From Paraspadella gotoi (lineage: Eukaryota > Animalia > Chaetognatha), in the NCBI GenBank assembly GCA_051294375.1, contig CM119267.1:19005790-19069789 (forward strand): a stretch of 64,000 nucleotides of DNA, in the 5' to 3' direction. The notes below the pieces were generated by a model that was given only the letters and a program-made list of their open reading frames with translations, did no database searches and was not told where the DNA came from. Shown piece by piece: positions 15,025 to 27,833 of this stretch; the first letter of the stretch is position 1, and each line of letters starts with the position of its first letter. A program made the position numbers and the translations under genes.

Positions 15025-16790
15025 TGAAGAGAGAGAGGAGAGAGTTAGATGACGAGAGAGTAAAGAGAAGACAGGAGGAAAACAGGAAAATGAAACGTGT
15101 TTGGCCCATTTCGTGTCCTGGAAGGAGAATTGAGGAGGAGCGGAAATGACGAGGAAAAACTTCTGGAAACAAAGCACGCAAATTTTACTTATAAAAAAAG
15201 CATAAAAAAAAAAAACAAAGAAAAAAGAAGAGTAAATGTGATGGTGAGTTTCTTATCTATTTCCCATGAGATACGGCGAAGTAATTCCACTTTACGTTTT
15301 ATAGGGGAGGACTTTTTTTTTACGATTGCGTCGGAAACACACCCGGGAATTAATACGTAAAGACACGAGGTCGTATATGAATTCGCCGCATCCGAGCGAG
15401 ATCGGAAGTATAAAGAAAAAGCGAAAGAAAAAAAAATTCAATTGAGCGAAATTTGGAAATGATGGAGAAAAGGTTGTGAGAAATGAATGGAGAAGGTTGG
15501 GATGAAATGATGTGATGAAAAGGTTGTTAAGAGAATGGACTGATGGAGAAAGAGTTGGATGATTTTTATAAGTTCGCATTTGAATGGAGAGAGGTTGGAG
15601 AAATGAGCGTATTTGTAGGAAGTGATATATGGAGAAATGAGGCATGGAGAAGGTTGGACGAAGGGATGACTTGGGACAAAGTTGGAGAATAATGGATAGG
15701 GTTTTTTTTTTGAAAAAGGGGTTTTCCAAAAAGGCCTTGTTACGAGCGCTTAATTCAGCTTTTCGCATGAATATTTTTTTTGCTGGTGGGTCTTGCTTTT
15801 GGTTATTTGTTTTTTGTTTTGCTTTTGAATATCATTGGGTTGTAGATTGGGGTTGGTGTTGGTTTTTGGCAGGCGGCGAAATCGTCTGCGCATTCTGAAT
15901 CACAGAGAAACAATTTCGTTCGTGGCGTCGCTTGGGTTTATGTTACGGTGTTTTCTCTTTCGGGGTCGGTGTTCTCTGGTGATGATCGTGGTTCTATGGT
16001 GTTCTTATGTTGTGTTTTTTTTTTTTTCATTATCATGGCCAGTTGGGCGGCTATAATCCACGGATCTCTAGTTCCTCTTTAGAACCGCGTACTTCGTCTC
16101 CTTGATTATCATTTCTTCACCGCGGGAATCAATCATTTTCTATCCCCATTTCTGCTTTCATCCTTCCGCTATTATGCAGCATTTTTAGTTTGCGCCGCAA
16201 GTACTGCGGAGCAAACTCTATAGTACTAGTTTTCGGTCGGGTCAGTCCGGTCGTCTGTCCACTTACGTTAAAAATGCATAAATAGTTTGCCTATGGTTGA
16301 TGATTGCTTATTTGTTAAGACAGAAAAACCTCAAATCTAAGTGTCTGCTAGCGCATGTCAAAATGTCAGGTAGCGTCCAATGTCATGTAATGTCAATATC
16401 ATAGTCACGAAGAAAATACTCTTGATAAAGGCAGTCACTGCGGCGCAGCAACAATTTTGAATTATGTTCTTGTTCTAACAACTTTTAATTTTCCGTTATC
16501 AACTCTTTTTTCCAATTAATAACATTATCTCATCTTTCCTTTTCACCCCTATCTCTCGTCTCAATCCATTATCTCACTCTTTTTCCACCCCCTACTCACA
16601 TTATCTTTATCTAGTCACCCTTTCCGGCGATTAATTAACCTTATTTTTTTTTCCACCAATTCCATTGTTTCCTTTACTTTCTGTCAACTTTTTCCATTCT
16701 TATCCTTCATTAAATCTCTTTTTCCACCACATCCATTAGTTTTCATTACTTGTTCTCACACTTTTTCCATACTTACCATTAAATCTATTT
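13329..16790 (-). repeat. Inverted low-quality copy of about 16790-18510 plus HINE and 62-bp minisatellite
   Basis: 13330 CTGGCTCCAGACACTCTCTCTTCATA is the reverse complement of 18481-18506. 16181-16220 mirrors 16795-16835. Starts at a 25-N gap. Confidence 0.9.
16188..16474 (+). mobile_element. HINE copy (low-quality sequence, within inverted redundant segment)
   Basis: TTGCGCCGCAAGTACTGCGGAGCAA...GGCAGTCACTGCGGCGCA...CTTGTT. Its 5' end is seen again on the - strand at 16793-16830 and about 1650-1785. Confidence 0.72.
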
Positions 16791-18162
16791 TTCTTATAGA
16801 GTTGCTCCGCGAGTACTTGCGGCGCAACTAAAAATGGATAATACGAAGGAGAAAGAGAAGGGGAGAAAAGAAGGGTTGAAGAAATGATAATCAAGGGAAG
16901 ACGAATCCGTCCAAGAGGAAATAGAGATCGTGGGATGATAATTGAAAAAAAAAAACACAACATAAAACACCAAAACAACATCAAGAACGACGACGAAAGA
17001 AAACAACGACGAAAGAAATTGTTTCTCTGTGATTCAGAATCGAGACGATTTCCTGCCAAAAAAACACAAAAACAAAAGCAAGACAAAAGCAAAACAAAAA
17101 CAAAACAAAAGCAAGACCCACCACAAAAAAANNNNNNNNNNNNNNNNNNNNNNNNNNNNNNNNNNNNNNNNNNNNNNNNNNNNNNNNNNNNNNNNNNNNN
17201 NNNNNNNNNNNNNNNNNNNNNNNNNNNNNNNNNNNNNNNNNNNNNNNNNNNNNNNNNNNNNNNNNNNNNNNNNNNNNNNNNNNNNNNNNNNNNNNNNNNN
17301 NNNNNNNNNNNNNNNNNNNNNNNNNNNNNNNNNNNNNNNNNNNNNNCTTCTCCATCATTTCTCCAATCTTCTCCATCATTTCCATTTCGCTCAATGAATT
17401 TTTTTTTCTCGCTTTTTCTACTTCCGATCTCGCTCGATGCGGGATCAACGACCCGTGGTCTTCGTTAATCCCGGGTTTTCCGACGCAATCGTAAAAAAAA
17501 ATCCCGTAAATGGATTCTCGCGCGGAATAAACCTTCACTACTTCTTTTTCTTGTTTTTTTTTNNNNNNNNNNNNNNNNNNNNNNNNNNNNNNNNNNNNNN
17601 NNNNNNNNNNNNNNNNNNNNNNNNNNNNNNNNNNNNNNNNNNNNNNNNNNNNNNNNNNNNNNNNNNNNNNNNNNNNNNNNNNNNNNNNNNNNNNNNNNNN
17701 NNNNNNNNNNNNNNNNNNNNNNNNNNNNNNNNNNNNNNNNNNNNNNNNNNNNNNNNNNCTCTCTCTCTCTCTCATCTTCCTCCCCTCCGAGATTTCCATC
17801 AAGTCTTTCGAAGAAAAAAAAACTCATCTTCCTTCTATGTCGATGATGTTGCTGTAAAACCGGAACCGCGGGCGCTGGAGTCGATGATGGAACCGGGGGA
17901 ACGATGATGGAGAATGGAATTGAATGATTGCAATGACCGTCAAAGACAAAGCAAGTTTTAAAGGCTTGAAGGAAATGGTCACATTGATCGGGAAATGATC
18001 GGGAAAATAATACAGATGGCCTTTCCATGGACGGCGTTGACGTAATCCACAAGAATGGCGAGGGAGGTGGCAACGGCAATGGCAATGCCATCGACGATAA
18101 TGGCGACGATAAAAAAAAATACGATGAAAGAGAAGACAAAGAGGGCGTGGGCGGTTACTTTG

Positions 18163-18194
<32 letters not shown>

Positions 18195-18381
18195 ATCCAT
18201 GGAGACCAGAAAGAACAACGATGGAGTTTGTGAATCTTTAATGTTTAAAAAAATGAGGGCGTGTGAATGACCTTAAAGATGAGGGAAGATATATGTTCGA
18301 GAAAAGTCGAGCGAAAATGAAATTTTTTTTTTGGCATCAACTTAAATCGAGATTTTTAACTAAATGATATTTGATTGAGAG

Positions 18382-18415
<34 letters not shown>

Positions 18416-18418
18416 GAG

Positions 18419-18453
<35 letters not shown>

Positions 18454-19418
18454 CGTTTTTAGTGAAAGAGAGAAAAAAAATATGAAGAGAAAGTGTCTGA
18501 GCCAGGAATGCATTGACAGAGAGATCGAGAGACAAAAAGCAAACAGAATATCGAAGAGAGACGAGAGAGAGAAGAGAGAGAGGAAGAGCGAGAGAGAGAA
18601 GAGAGGAACGATGCCCATCGTCTGGGGTGCCAACACAAAACGCCAGCTACAAATAGAAGAAATTGAGTGAATAATTAAAAGTCGAGTTTTCGGGTTCGAT
18701 TATCCAAGATCCAGGAGGAAAAAAAAAGGTTGGCGGAGAACGGAACTGGCGCCGCCTGGCCGGTCGCATCGCCCCGCGGGGGGGGGGAGTGAAATGGCGT
18801 CGGGNNNNNNNNNNNNNNNNNNNNNNNNNNNNNNNNNNNNNNNNNNNNNNNNNNNNNNNNNNNNNNNNNNNNNNNNNNNNNNNNNNNNNNNNNNNNNNNN
18901 NNNNNNNNNNNNNNNNNNNNNNNNNNNNNNNNNNNNNNNNNNNNNNNNNNNNNNNNNNNNNNNNNNNNNNNNNNNNNNNNNNNNNNNNNNNNNNNNNNNN
19001 NNNNNNNNNNNNNNNNNNNNNNNNNNNNNNNNNNNNNNNNNNNNNNNNNNNNNNNNNNNNNNNNNNNNNNNNNNNNNNNNNNNNNNNNNNNNNNNNNNNN
19101 NNNNNNNNNNNNNNNNNNNNNNNNNNNNNNNNNNNNNNNNNNNNNNNNNNNNNNNNNNNNNNNNNNNNNNNNNNNNNNNNNNNNNNNNNNNNNNNNNNNN
19201 NNNNNNNNNNNNNNNNNNNNNNNNNNNNNNNNNNNNNNNNNNNNNNNNNNNNNNNNNNNNNNNNNNNNNNNNNNGGAGTTTTTTCTTTGACGAAGGAGCG
19301 CCATTCCACGCTAAATGTTGCACATTTTTAACCTATTTTTGTTTAAGTGCAATTCCAAGGATTTTTTTAACTGGAAACTTTGCACGATAATATATAAATA
19401 TCTATAAATGTAATATGC

Positions 19419-19486
19419 ATCTATCTATCCATATATCTATCTATCTGTCAATCTATCTATCTATCTGTCAATCTACCTATCTGTCA

Positions 19487-19568
<82 letters not shown>

Positions 19569-19570
19569 TT
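19419..19570. repeat. (CTAT)n microsatellite
   Basis: Directly visible. Degenerate copy at about 5600-5790. Confidence 0.95.
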
Positions 19571-19824
19571 ATCTAGATCTATTTTTTCTATTTATTTTTA
19601 TCTCTGTTTCTTTCTGCCATTGTAAAAAGCTTTCTTTTAATTTTTACATATTTTTTCATCCTTAAAATTTCCTCTCTTCTCTGCCATTGCCACCCCCCCC
19701 CAAACGTTTTTCCCGCTGGCAATTCGCCCTTTTGCCATTCGCCTCTTTGCTATTGGATTGCCGATCACCAGCTCCCCTAGAGGTTCGGATGAAAGACGAT
19801 CCAGGCTTTGAAGGGGAAAAAATG

Positions 19825-20300
19825 GGAAAAGGAATTGAAAGAGAAAGGAAAAGGAAAAAGGGACGAAAAAATTAAGGGAAAAGGGAGAAAGTAGAGGAAA
19901 GAAAAGAAAAGGGAGGAAAGGAATTGAAAGAGAAAGAAAAAGGGGAAAAAGGGATGAGAAAATTAAGGAAAAGGGAGAAAGTAAAGGAAAGAAGAGAAAA
20001 GGGAGGAAAGGAATTGAAAGAGAAAGAAAAAGGGNNNNNNNNNNNNNNNNNNNNNNNNNNNNNNNNNNNNNNNNNNNNNNNNNNNNNNNNNNNNNNNNNN
20101 NNNNNNNNNNNNNNNNNNNNNNNNNNNNNNNNNNNNNNNNNNNNNNNNNNNNNNNNNNNNNNNNNNNNNNNNNNNNNNNNNNNNNNNNNNNNNNNNNNNN
20201 NNNNNNNNNNNNNNNNNNNNAGAAAAAGAAAAAGGGAAAAAATGGACGAGAAAATTATAGAAAAGGGAGAAAGTAGAGGAAAGAAAAGAAAAGCGAGGAG
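19825..20300. repeat. ~91-bp polypurine minisatellite
   Basis: ATTAAGG.AAAAGGGAGAAAGTA..GGAAAGAA at 19871 and 19962, and again after the gap. Confidence 0.75.
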
Positions 20301-20899
20301 AGGGAGTTTTACTCTTGAAAACAAACAAAAAAATGATGGGTATATAAGGAAGGATGGAAGGAAGGGAGGATGAAGTAATAAAAAAGATAAGTAAGAAATA
20401 AGTTGATTATTAAAAATGAAAAGAAAGAAATGAAAGGAAAGGAAGGAAAGTAAAAGAATGAATGGAAAGGAAAAGGAAGGGTGAAAAAAAAAACATGTAT
20501 AAAAAGAGAGGGAATAAAATTCGTTGAGAAAAGAAAAAGAGGTTGAAAAAACTTTCCTCACCCTGATTTTTTACGATCGTCTTGAGAACGAATATCCCGA
20601 CGAACGTGGTAAAGAATCCGGACGATGAAAGACGACGAATGATGAAGATGACGTCGGCACCGACGCATACGACGAATAAGTGACAAATTTACCGCAACAG
20701 GGGTCGTTGCTTTTTCCCCTCCCAACGAGCTTTAATGTTTGAACCAGAAGTCACCTGCGATTTAAATTTTTCCTCTTTCCAGTACAATCTAGATCAGCGG
20801 AGAACGGGTGTTCCGTAAGTTTAATTAAGAAGCATTTAAGATTGGCAGGGAAACAACGGAAAGCACTAGATAACAAGTTGGACAATTTTTGTTTTAGAT

Positions 20900-21240
20900 A
20901 CCAAAGAAGCTTCTTTACAATGTGATTGAAATTGGTACAACCAATATATGTGAGTCTCACCGAGAAGAATATCCATAGCATACCACATCGAATTTAAAGT
21001 AAAATACGGGTAACTCAAGCTCGAAACCGCCGTGAACTGTCGAACTAGGCTTTGGTGGTTTAAGGCTTCCATCACTCTTACAGAGGATAATGACTAGCGG
21101 TGGTCCTGAGAGCTTTCTATCAAGACATCTCCACAGTCTTGTTTATTCAACGTCAGAGTACTTGCCTTCTCTATCAATGTAATGTGGTAAAATGTTTCAA
21201 AAGGAATGTTTGCAATTGTATGAAAAGACCACTCCCAATC
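20900..21240 (-). repeat. Reverse-strand copy of the ~330-bp dispersed repeat
   Basis: AGGCTTTGGTGGTTTAAGGC.TCCATCACTCTTACA and CAATTGTATGAAAAGACCACTCCC are reverse complements of segments within 62405-62590. Confidence 0.75.
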
Positions 21241-21440
21241 ATATTTTAGAAGAAACCGTTACCTTCTACTGAAAAAGTTTTCGTCAAGCGAAGAAAAGTG
21301 GTTTCAATCGTCCANNNNNNNNNNNNNNNNNNNNNNNNNTTAAAGAAACCGTTACCTTTCCTACTGAGAAAGTTCGTGCGAAGAAAATGTTTTAAATCGT
21401 CAAAGACGTGAAGAGGTCTTTTTCAAAAGAGACCTTTTGA

Positions 21441-22476
21441 GTTTCGACGCGAGTACTCGCGGAGCAACTCTCTAAGTCACTTTTCGGTCGGTCTATCAGT
21501 CAGTCCGTTGGTCGATCGGTCGATTGATATGTCTGTCTGTCGGTTGTCCCACTTACGTTAAAATGCATATAATTTGCCCTTAGTTGGTTGCTCTTTTGTT
21601 CAGACAGAAAAAAAAGTCAAATCTAAGGGACTGCAAGCGCCGCCTTCAGGAAATCCTAAAACTAAAAAGAAATAAAAAATGGAATTTTGATGCAGTGCAC
21701 CTCATAAATATATGGGCTAAGAAAGTTATTGTAGTCATATAGTCATGTTATGTTACGTCATTTTATGTCATGCCATGTCATGTCATGTAATGAGAAATAT
21801 ACGTGATAAGTAGAGCGTAGTGAAAGTTACATCTGAAAATTATAAATATCAATTATGAACAACATAACAAAAGTGAACATTAATTTGTAAAAAAAAATAA
21901 TTTTATGTTCTTCAAATTTTGCAGTAGGCTATATTTATATATAGTATTATTCTTATAAAATCGAAAAATTTCAAAATAGGCTTTTCTTAATTTTAATTGC
22001 AGATTTACATTTTTCGTCAAAAGTTGATAAAAGAAAATAGAAATCATTTTTAAAAATTCTCTCATTAATTGGGTTAAAAATTTAAAAAACTATATTTAAT
22101 ATATAAAATTTTAAATTTTAGCTTAAAATATAGATTTTTTTATATTTGATAAACATAATGAAAGAATTTGTAAAAAAGAGTTATATTTTTTTATATCAAC
22201 TTTTCATGACGAATCCAAATATAAAAAAAAAACTTAAAAAAAACTATTTTGAAATTTTAACATTTATTGGATTAGTATTAGTATAAATATGGTCTACTGC
22301 GTAAATTGTAAAATTGATTTTACAATTTTTTTAAACAAAAATGCTCATTAAAAAAAGAACAATGTTGTTAGTTCCTCACTTTTAGAGTTTCAATTAAAGT
22401 TAAATTTAAAATTTTTAATACGCTTTAGTGATAAGGCAGTCACTGCGGCGCAACACATTTGAATTACCGTTCTTGT
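21441..22476 (+). mobile_element. HINE copy interrupted by nested MITE
   Basis: Same 5' (CGCGAGTACTCGCGGAGCAACTCT.TAAGTCACTTTTCGGTCGGTC) and 3' (CAGTCACTGCGGCGCAACACA.TTGAATTACCGTTCTTGTT) ends as 25865-26132. Confidence 0.8.
21811..22427. mobile_element. 617-bp AT-rich fold-back MITE, hAT-like
   Basis: Exact 8-bp TSD GTGATAAG at 21803-21810 and 22428-22435. Imperfect TIRs TAGAGCGTAGTGAAAGTT / AATTTTTAATACGCTTTA. Internal inverted symmetry about 22115. A single GTGATAAG is present at the equivalent site of the HINE copy at 26083. Confidence 0.85.
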
Positions 22477-23790
22477 TTTTTCACAAAAGAATTCTCGCTC
22501 TTACGATGTCGAGAGTAACCGTAACAAATTGACGACCGGAAAAAGGGGGGGCGTGTTTTAACAAAGAAGCGAACGACGATGAATGTCGCGTTGCTAGTGG
22601 CAACAGAGAGACGCTTCGGCTGTGGCTGCTTAGCTGACAAAGTCAGTGACAAAGTTACTTTACAATCGAGGTTAATACAACGAAGTTTACTCGGAGGCAG
22701 CGGGATGACGAAAACGATTTGGATGAAATAAAAATCGTTACATTCTCGCGTAAGGAAGAGGGTAAGGGATATTATGTACGAATATAGCCAAAGTACCTAT
22801 GCAATATCACTATTGTAAAGCAAAAAAATTGTTGCCAGAAAAAAAGTACATCCACAATATTGGGGAGGACTATTAAAAGGTCAAGACGACAATTGCATTT
22901 GAGGCAACAAAGTCGAAGCGACAAGGACGACGACGACGATGACGACGACGCTTTCAAAGACGTCAATAACCGCGACAACGACGACAAAAACACGGAAAGC
23001 GTCTCTCTCTCTCTCATCCTCTCCTCGCGTCTCTCTCTTTTGCTCATCTCTATCTCTCTCTCGTCTCTCTCCTCTCCTCTCTCTATCTCTCGTCCATCTC
23101 TCTCTCTCTCTCGCCGAAACAAAATCACCCGCAATCTCCTTTTTTTTTTCTCCCATCGGATTTTTTTTTCTCTGACGAGAGAATATTTGACGGAGTAGGG
23201 GAAGAGGGAGAAGGGGAAGGGAAGGGAGGGGAGAGGGAGAGGGAAGGGAGAGGGAGAGGGAGAAGAGAAAAGGAAGGGGGAGAGGGAGAGAGAAAGGAAG
23301 GGGGAGAAGGGAGAGAGAAAGGAAGGGGGAGAAGCGGAGTTGGTGGATTTCCGACAAGAATGGAAAGAATGATTGGGTTTGTGAAAAAAAAAGGTTGGGT
23401 AAAAGAGACCAGAAGAATTGAAAATCAATTGGTGCGCTGAAAGGATCACCTGTCAATATGGAATCTTTAGGTTCAAATTTAAATTCAAATTTTCAATGAT
23501 GTACTGTGAAACAGTTCACAGACCAGTCACAGGGACTGTTCTTTGACTTTTGTTCCTAGATAATTTACAATACACAGACACTCACGCATACAAACTCACA
23601 CACTCAAACACATAAAAAAAACCCATTAGTTTCTATTCGCATGTCGCAGACTTCAACGATTTCGGTTGTTTTCTTCCTTTTTTCCTTTTTTTCTTTCCTT
23701 TTTTTCCCCTTTTTCTTATTTTCTTTCCTCCAAATTCAGCCGAAATCATAAAATATTCACCCGCGGTGGAGGCAAAGTAACCGACGAGGC

Positions 23791-23903
<113 letters not shown>

Positions 23904-24234
23904 ATAACGGCAAGAATTTGTCGTCTCTGTCACTTTCTGTCGTCGATCTTGCCGCGGCCGTCGTCATCATCATCGTCGTCGTCGTCATCGTCATCATTGA
24001 CGCGTCTTCCGGTCGTTGACTTTATCACAGACGGCGATGTCATCGCTTCTCCTTTTTTTGACGTCGTCTCCACTTCTTTCCTGTCACCGGCTGGTCGCTG
24101 TTGTAGTTGTTGTTGTTTCCTTTATAGTGCTGTCGTTATTTGTCTCGTCGCTCACGCGTATTGTTTATTTCTCAAGTCCTTCTTCATCTTCTCACCTAAA
24201 TTCGTCTTTGTTTTCATTGTTGTCATCATTCGAC

Positions 24235-24316
<82 letters not shown>

Positions 24317-24685
24317 AATCCCAAAACGATTTAATTTCCAAAGGTCATTTTTTAACTCCATTCCTCAAGAATCTAATTCAACCATTCAACTTTAGTCTTC
24401 CATTTTCTCTTACTTTCCCTTACCTCGATCTATTCAAGTTTCGTCTTCTTTATTCTCTTCCTCATTCGTTGTTGTCGTTGTCGTCGTCATCCTCGTCTTC
24501 GTCATCAACCTCCCTCAACCCCGCGTCTTTTGCAGCGGCGGCGGCGGGGGGCGACTGCGGCAACTGCGGCGGTGACTGCGGCGACTTGACGTCCGCGCCG
24601 CAGAAAAGGTCGCGCGCGTCGGGTCGACTCAATCCGCGTCGAGAGCGAAACCCATCACAGACGCACCGATTCCGGGCGACGGTGA

Positions 24686-24718
<33 letters not shown>

Positions 24719-25050
24719 CGACGAAAACAAAGAAGAAGACGATGAAAATTTTAAAAAACGATGACGACGACGAAGATGACTCTAAAAACATTCAATGCAT
24801 ACAAATGTTATACCCTCGATGCTGATAAAAATGACATGGACGATCAAGACGGCGAAAGAACGTCTTTAAATATGACAGCGACAAGGACAACGTCGACGAA
24901 AACGACAAAGATAACAACGACGACAAATAAATAATGACAATGACGATGACGACCGAGACGACGCCGACCACAGTTATGACAGGCAAGATGACGACGACGA
25001 CGACGACGACTTAGAGTCGGTCTTTCAATGCGCGTCAAGTGTGGGGAGGA

Positions 25051-25130
25051 AGTAGAGGTGATCACAGTCGAGGAGATCACAGTAGATTTGATCACAGTAG
25101 AGGTGAACACAGTAGAGGTGATCACAGTAG
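25051..25130. repeat. 15-bp minisatellite AGTAGAGGTGATCAC x5.3
   Basis: Directly visible units at 25051, 25066, 25081, 25096, 25111. Confidence 0.92.
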
Positions 25131-25647
25131 CTCTCGTTGTGACAGGTTCACCGACAGGTTGAGAAATGATGGCTGAAGAGGAAAGGACGTTGGAGAATGT
25201 GAGAAAAGTGAGATAATCTCGTGTGAAATTTTGGGAAAACAACAAAATTTTATGAGAAAAATTTTTTTTATCGAGAATGGGAAAATGTTCAAATAACCTT
25301 AAAAAACCAAGTTGAAAAAAATTGAAAAAAAAAAGGATCAGAAAAAACATTTTTTAATAGAAAAAACCCAAAATATTATAAAATAATGAAGCGGAATAAT
25401 GATAGAAAAATATGGACTGTGACTTGAGTAAAGTGAATGTGACACTAGATGATAAAGATGATTACGAATATGATAAGGACTGTCATGATGATGATGATGA
25501 TGACAATACCGATAAAGAGATGGCGCCACCCCTGGAATAAAAAAGAGACACGACGACGACGACGACGACGACACGGAAGGACGAGGACGAAAACAACCGT
25601 GAAAATCGTTTGTAATCCTTTGACCCGACCAGACAAAGATGTCCGCC

Positions 25648-25700
<53 letters not shown>

Positions 25701-25864
25701 AAGAGAGAGAGAAGAGAGAGAAGAGAGAGAGAGAGAGAGAAGAGCAGAGAAAGACACCCCACCCACACCCTCCCAGGCCACAACAGAACCCAACTCATCT
25801 CACAAACCGGAGAGACGATTGCGAGAGAAAGAGAGAAACGATCGTCAACAAAACCTCTTTTTAA

Positions 25865-26132
25865 GTTGCGCCGCGAGTACTCGCGCATCAATTCTATAAG
25901 TCACTTTTCGGTCGGTCTGTCGATCGATTCGTCGGTCGGTCGGTATGTCTGTCCATCGGTCTGTCACACTTACGTTAAAAATGAATATAATTGGCCTATC
26001 GTTGATTATTGCTCATGCTAGCGCATGTAATGTTATATAGCGTCAGGTCATGTAATGTCATGTCACGTCATGAGAAATACTCGTGATAAGACAGTCACTG
26101 CGGCGCAACACAATTGAAATTACCGTTCTTGT
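25865..26132 (+). mobile_element. Non-autonomous Helentron-associated element (HINE / DINE-1-like), ~270 bp
   Basis: Between T-runs with no TSD. 5' subterminal IR GTTGCGCCGC overlaps the palindrome CGCGAGTACTCGCG. GGTC/GTCY microsatellite, (CATGT)n tract, 3' subTIR GCGGCGCAAC and CTTGTT end. Several copies in the window. Confidence 0.8.
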
Positions 26133-26186
26133 TTTTTTTTCTTTTTTTTTCTTTTCTCTCATTTTCGTTTTCTCTTCTCCTTTCAG

Positions 26187-27265
26187 GTTCGGAACTCCTG
26201 GCCTTTTCTCCCTCCTCGGCGCCGCAACACGGACCCGGGACCATCGTCGCCCCGGTCCCGCAGATGCCCCAAATCCAGCACCCCATCCCCATCAATCCGC
26301 TGACGAACTCCATCAATCTTTCCTTAGCCAACAACCCCATATCCATCAATCCTCCTCTCGCCATCCCCAGCTCCATCAACATCTCTCTCCCCAACAACCC
26401 CATCTCCATAAATCCATCCCTAGTTGGGAACCCCGTCAACTCTCCTTCCATCTCCAACCCGCTGGGGAACCCGCTCGCCCTGGGTCACTCCATCGTCAAC
26501 TCCATGGGTCACTCCATCAAAAATCCCATCGTAAACCCGATGCAGATGTCGGAGGCGGGTCTGTCGACGCCGCTTTCCCGCGGCGTCCTCAGTCATCCTC
26601 ACCACTCTTCCTTGACGAGCCCGATCAATCACCCCGTCAACGCCAACAACCCCGTCCTCCACCACAACCCCGGAGTCCAACTCCCCGGCCACAATCCCCT
26701 CGGCCACAATCCCACCCTCCATTGCCCCATCCCCATCAACCCCAGCCTCCACGGGGCGGCGCCGCCTTCCGTCCACGGTCCATCGCCGTGGCATTCGACG
26801 CAGCCGACGACGCTGGATCAAATGGGTTGTCAGCCGCCGCCGCCTCCGCAGCAACAACAGCCGTTGTCACAGCACCAACAGCAGCTTTCGCAGCAACATC
26901 TTCCGCCGCTTCAACCGCAACATCAACATCATCATCCGTCGCTACAGCCGCTACATCAGCAGCATCAACCGCAACAACAACCTCCTCCGCCTCAGGAAGG
27001 CGCGGCGTCGACGTCGGCGGCGACGGCGGCGTCAGCAGCGGCGGCGGGGTCGCCGGATCAGAAACTGGTGGTGCCGCCGGAACTCCGCGAGTTGACGAAC
27101 CACTTGGCGTCGACGATGACGGTGGATCTCCTGGCGGCCGACGCGTGGAAGCATCTCTTCGACGAGTACGACCCCGACGGATTCGGGGAAATCTCCGCGG
27201 AGAACTTTGCTCTCATCTTGAGGGATCCCAAGTTCCGGGAGGAAGTGGATCCGCACAAGTTGGAG
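26187..27265 (+). CDS. rho: Rhomboid exon 3: N/P/I/S/H/Q low-complexity region plus first part of EF-hand (LFDEYDPDGFGEISAENF)
   Basis: Polypyrimidine tract and TTTCAG| at 26186. Open frame with strong C-ending codon bias. Donor GAG|GTGGGT at 27266 (phase 0) joins DPHKLE to VLEARA of the next exon. Confidence 0.88.
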
Positions 27266-27833
27266 GTGGGTCAGGGGGCAATGGGGGCAATGTGGTCGGG
27301 TGGAGCAGGAGGGGACAATGGGGGCAATGGGGTCGGGTGGATCAGGAGGAAAAAGGGTTGATGGGTTGAATGAACGAATTGAACATTTGGGAACCCAAAT
27401 TTCGATTTAACTTTAGATCTCAGATCGTTAAAAAATTTTGTCAGTAAATTAAAGTAAATTTATTCCAAAACTTATTCCAATACTTATTTTGATTTTTTTT
27501 AGATTCGTTGCGTTGAAAAAATACGAAAACGAAAATGACATAAAATAAACTAAAACTAAAACAACATTGCCGCTATTGTCAAGTAAAAACTGCATTTTCG
27601 TTTTTTCGACTCCATAAACTTTCTTTCACTCAATTTTTTTTCTTTTCACAATTAATTGATATAAACCTTGTCATGTCTCGTAATACATTTCACCCCAATT
27701 ACTTCCCCGCCTCAATTTTAATCTCCATCTCATTCAACTTACCCTTTTATCTCACCATCATTCATTGTTTATTTTTGTTTTTCTCTTTCCTTCATCGTTT
27801 CCTTACCTCCTTCGTCCCCCACCTTCTCACCAG

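Noticed and set aside
18027-18233. Acidic D/N/G-rich 68-aa ORF and overlapping minus-strand ORFs
   Set aside because: Built from GAC/AAC/GGC simple repeats, bounded by stops, with no splice support or homology recognised.
24462-25350. ORFs with poly-S/T/D and VITST repeats
   Set aside because: Explained by GAC microsatellites and the 15-bp minisatellite. No convincing splice sites.
26083-27369. 428-aa alternative-frame ORF and antisense ORFs over rhomboid exons
   Set aside because: Shadow frames of GC-rich coding sequence. Only the frame containing the EF-hand splices correctly.
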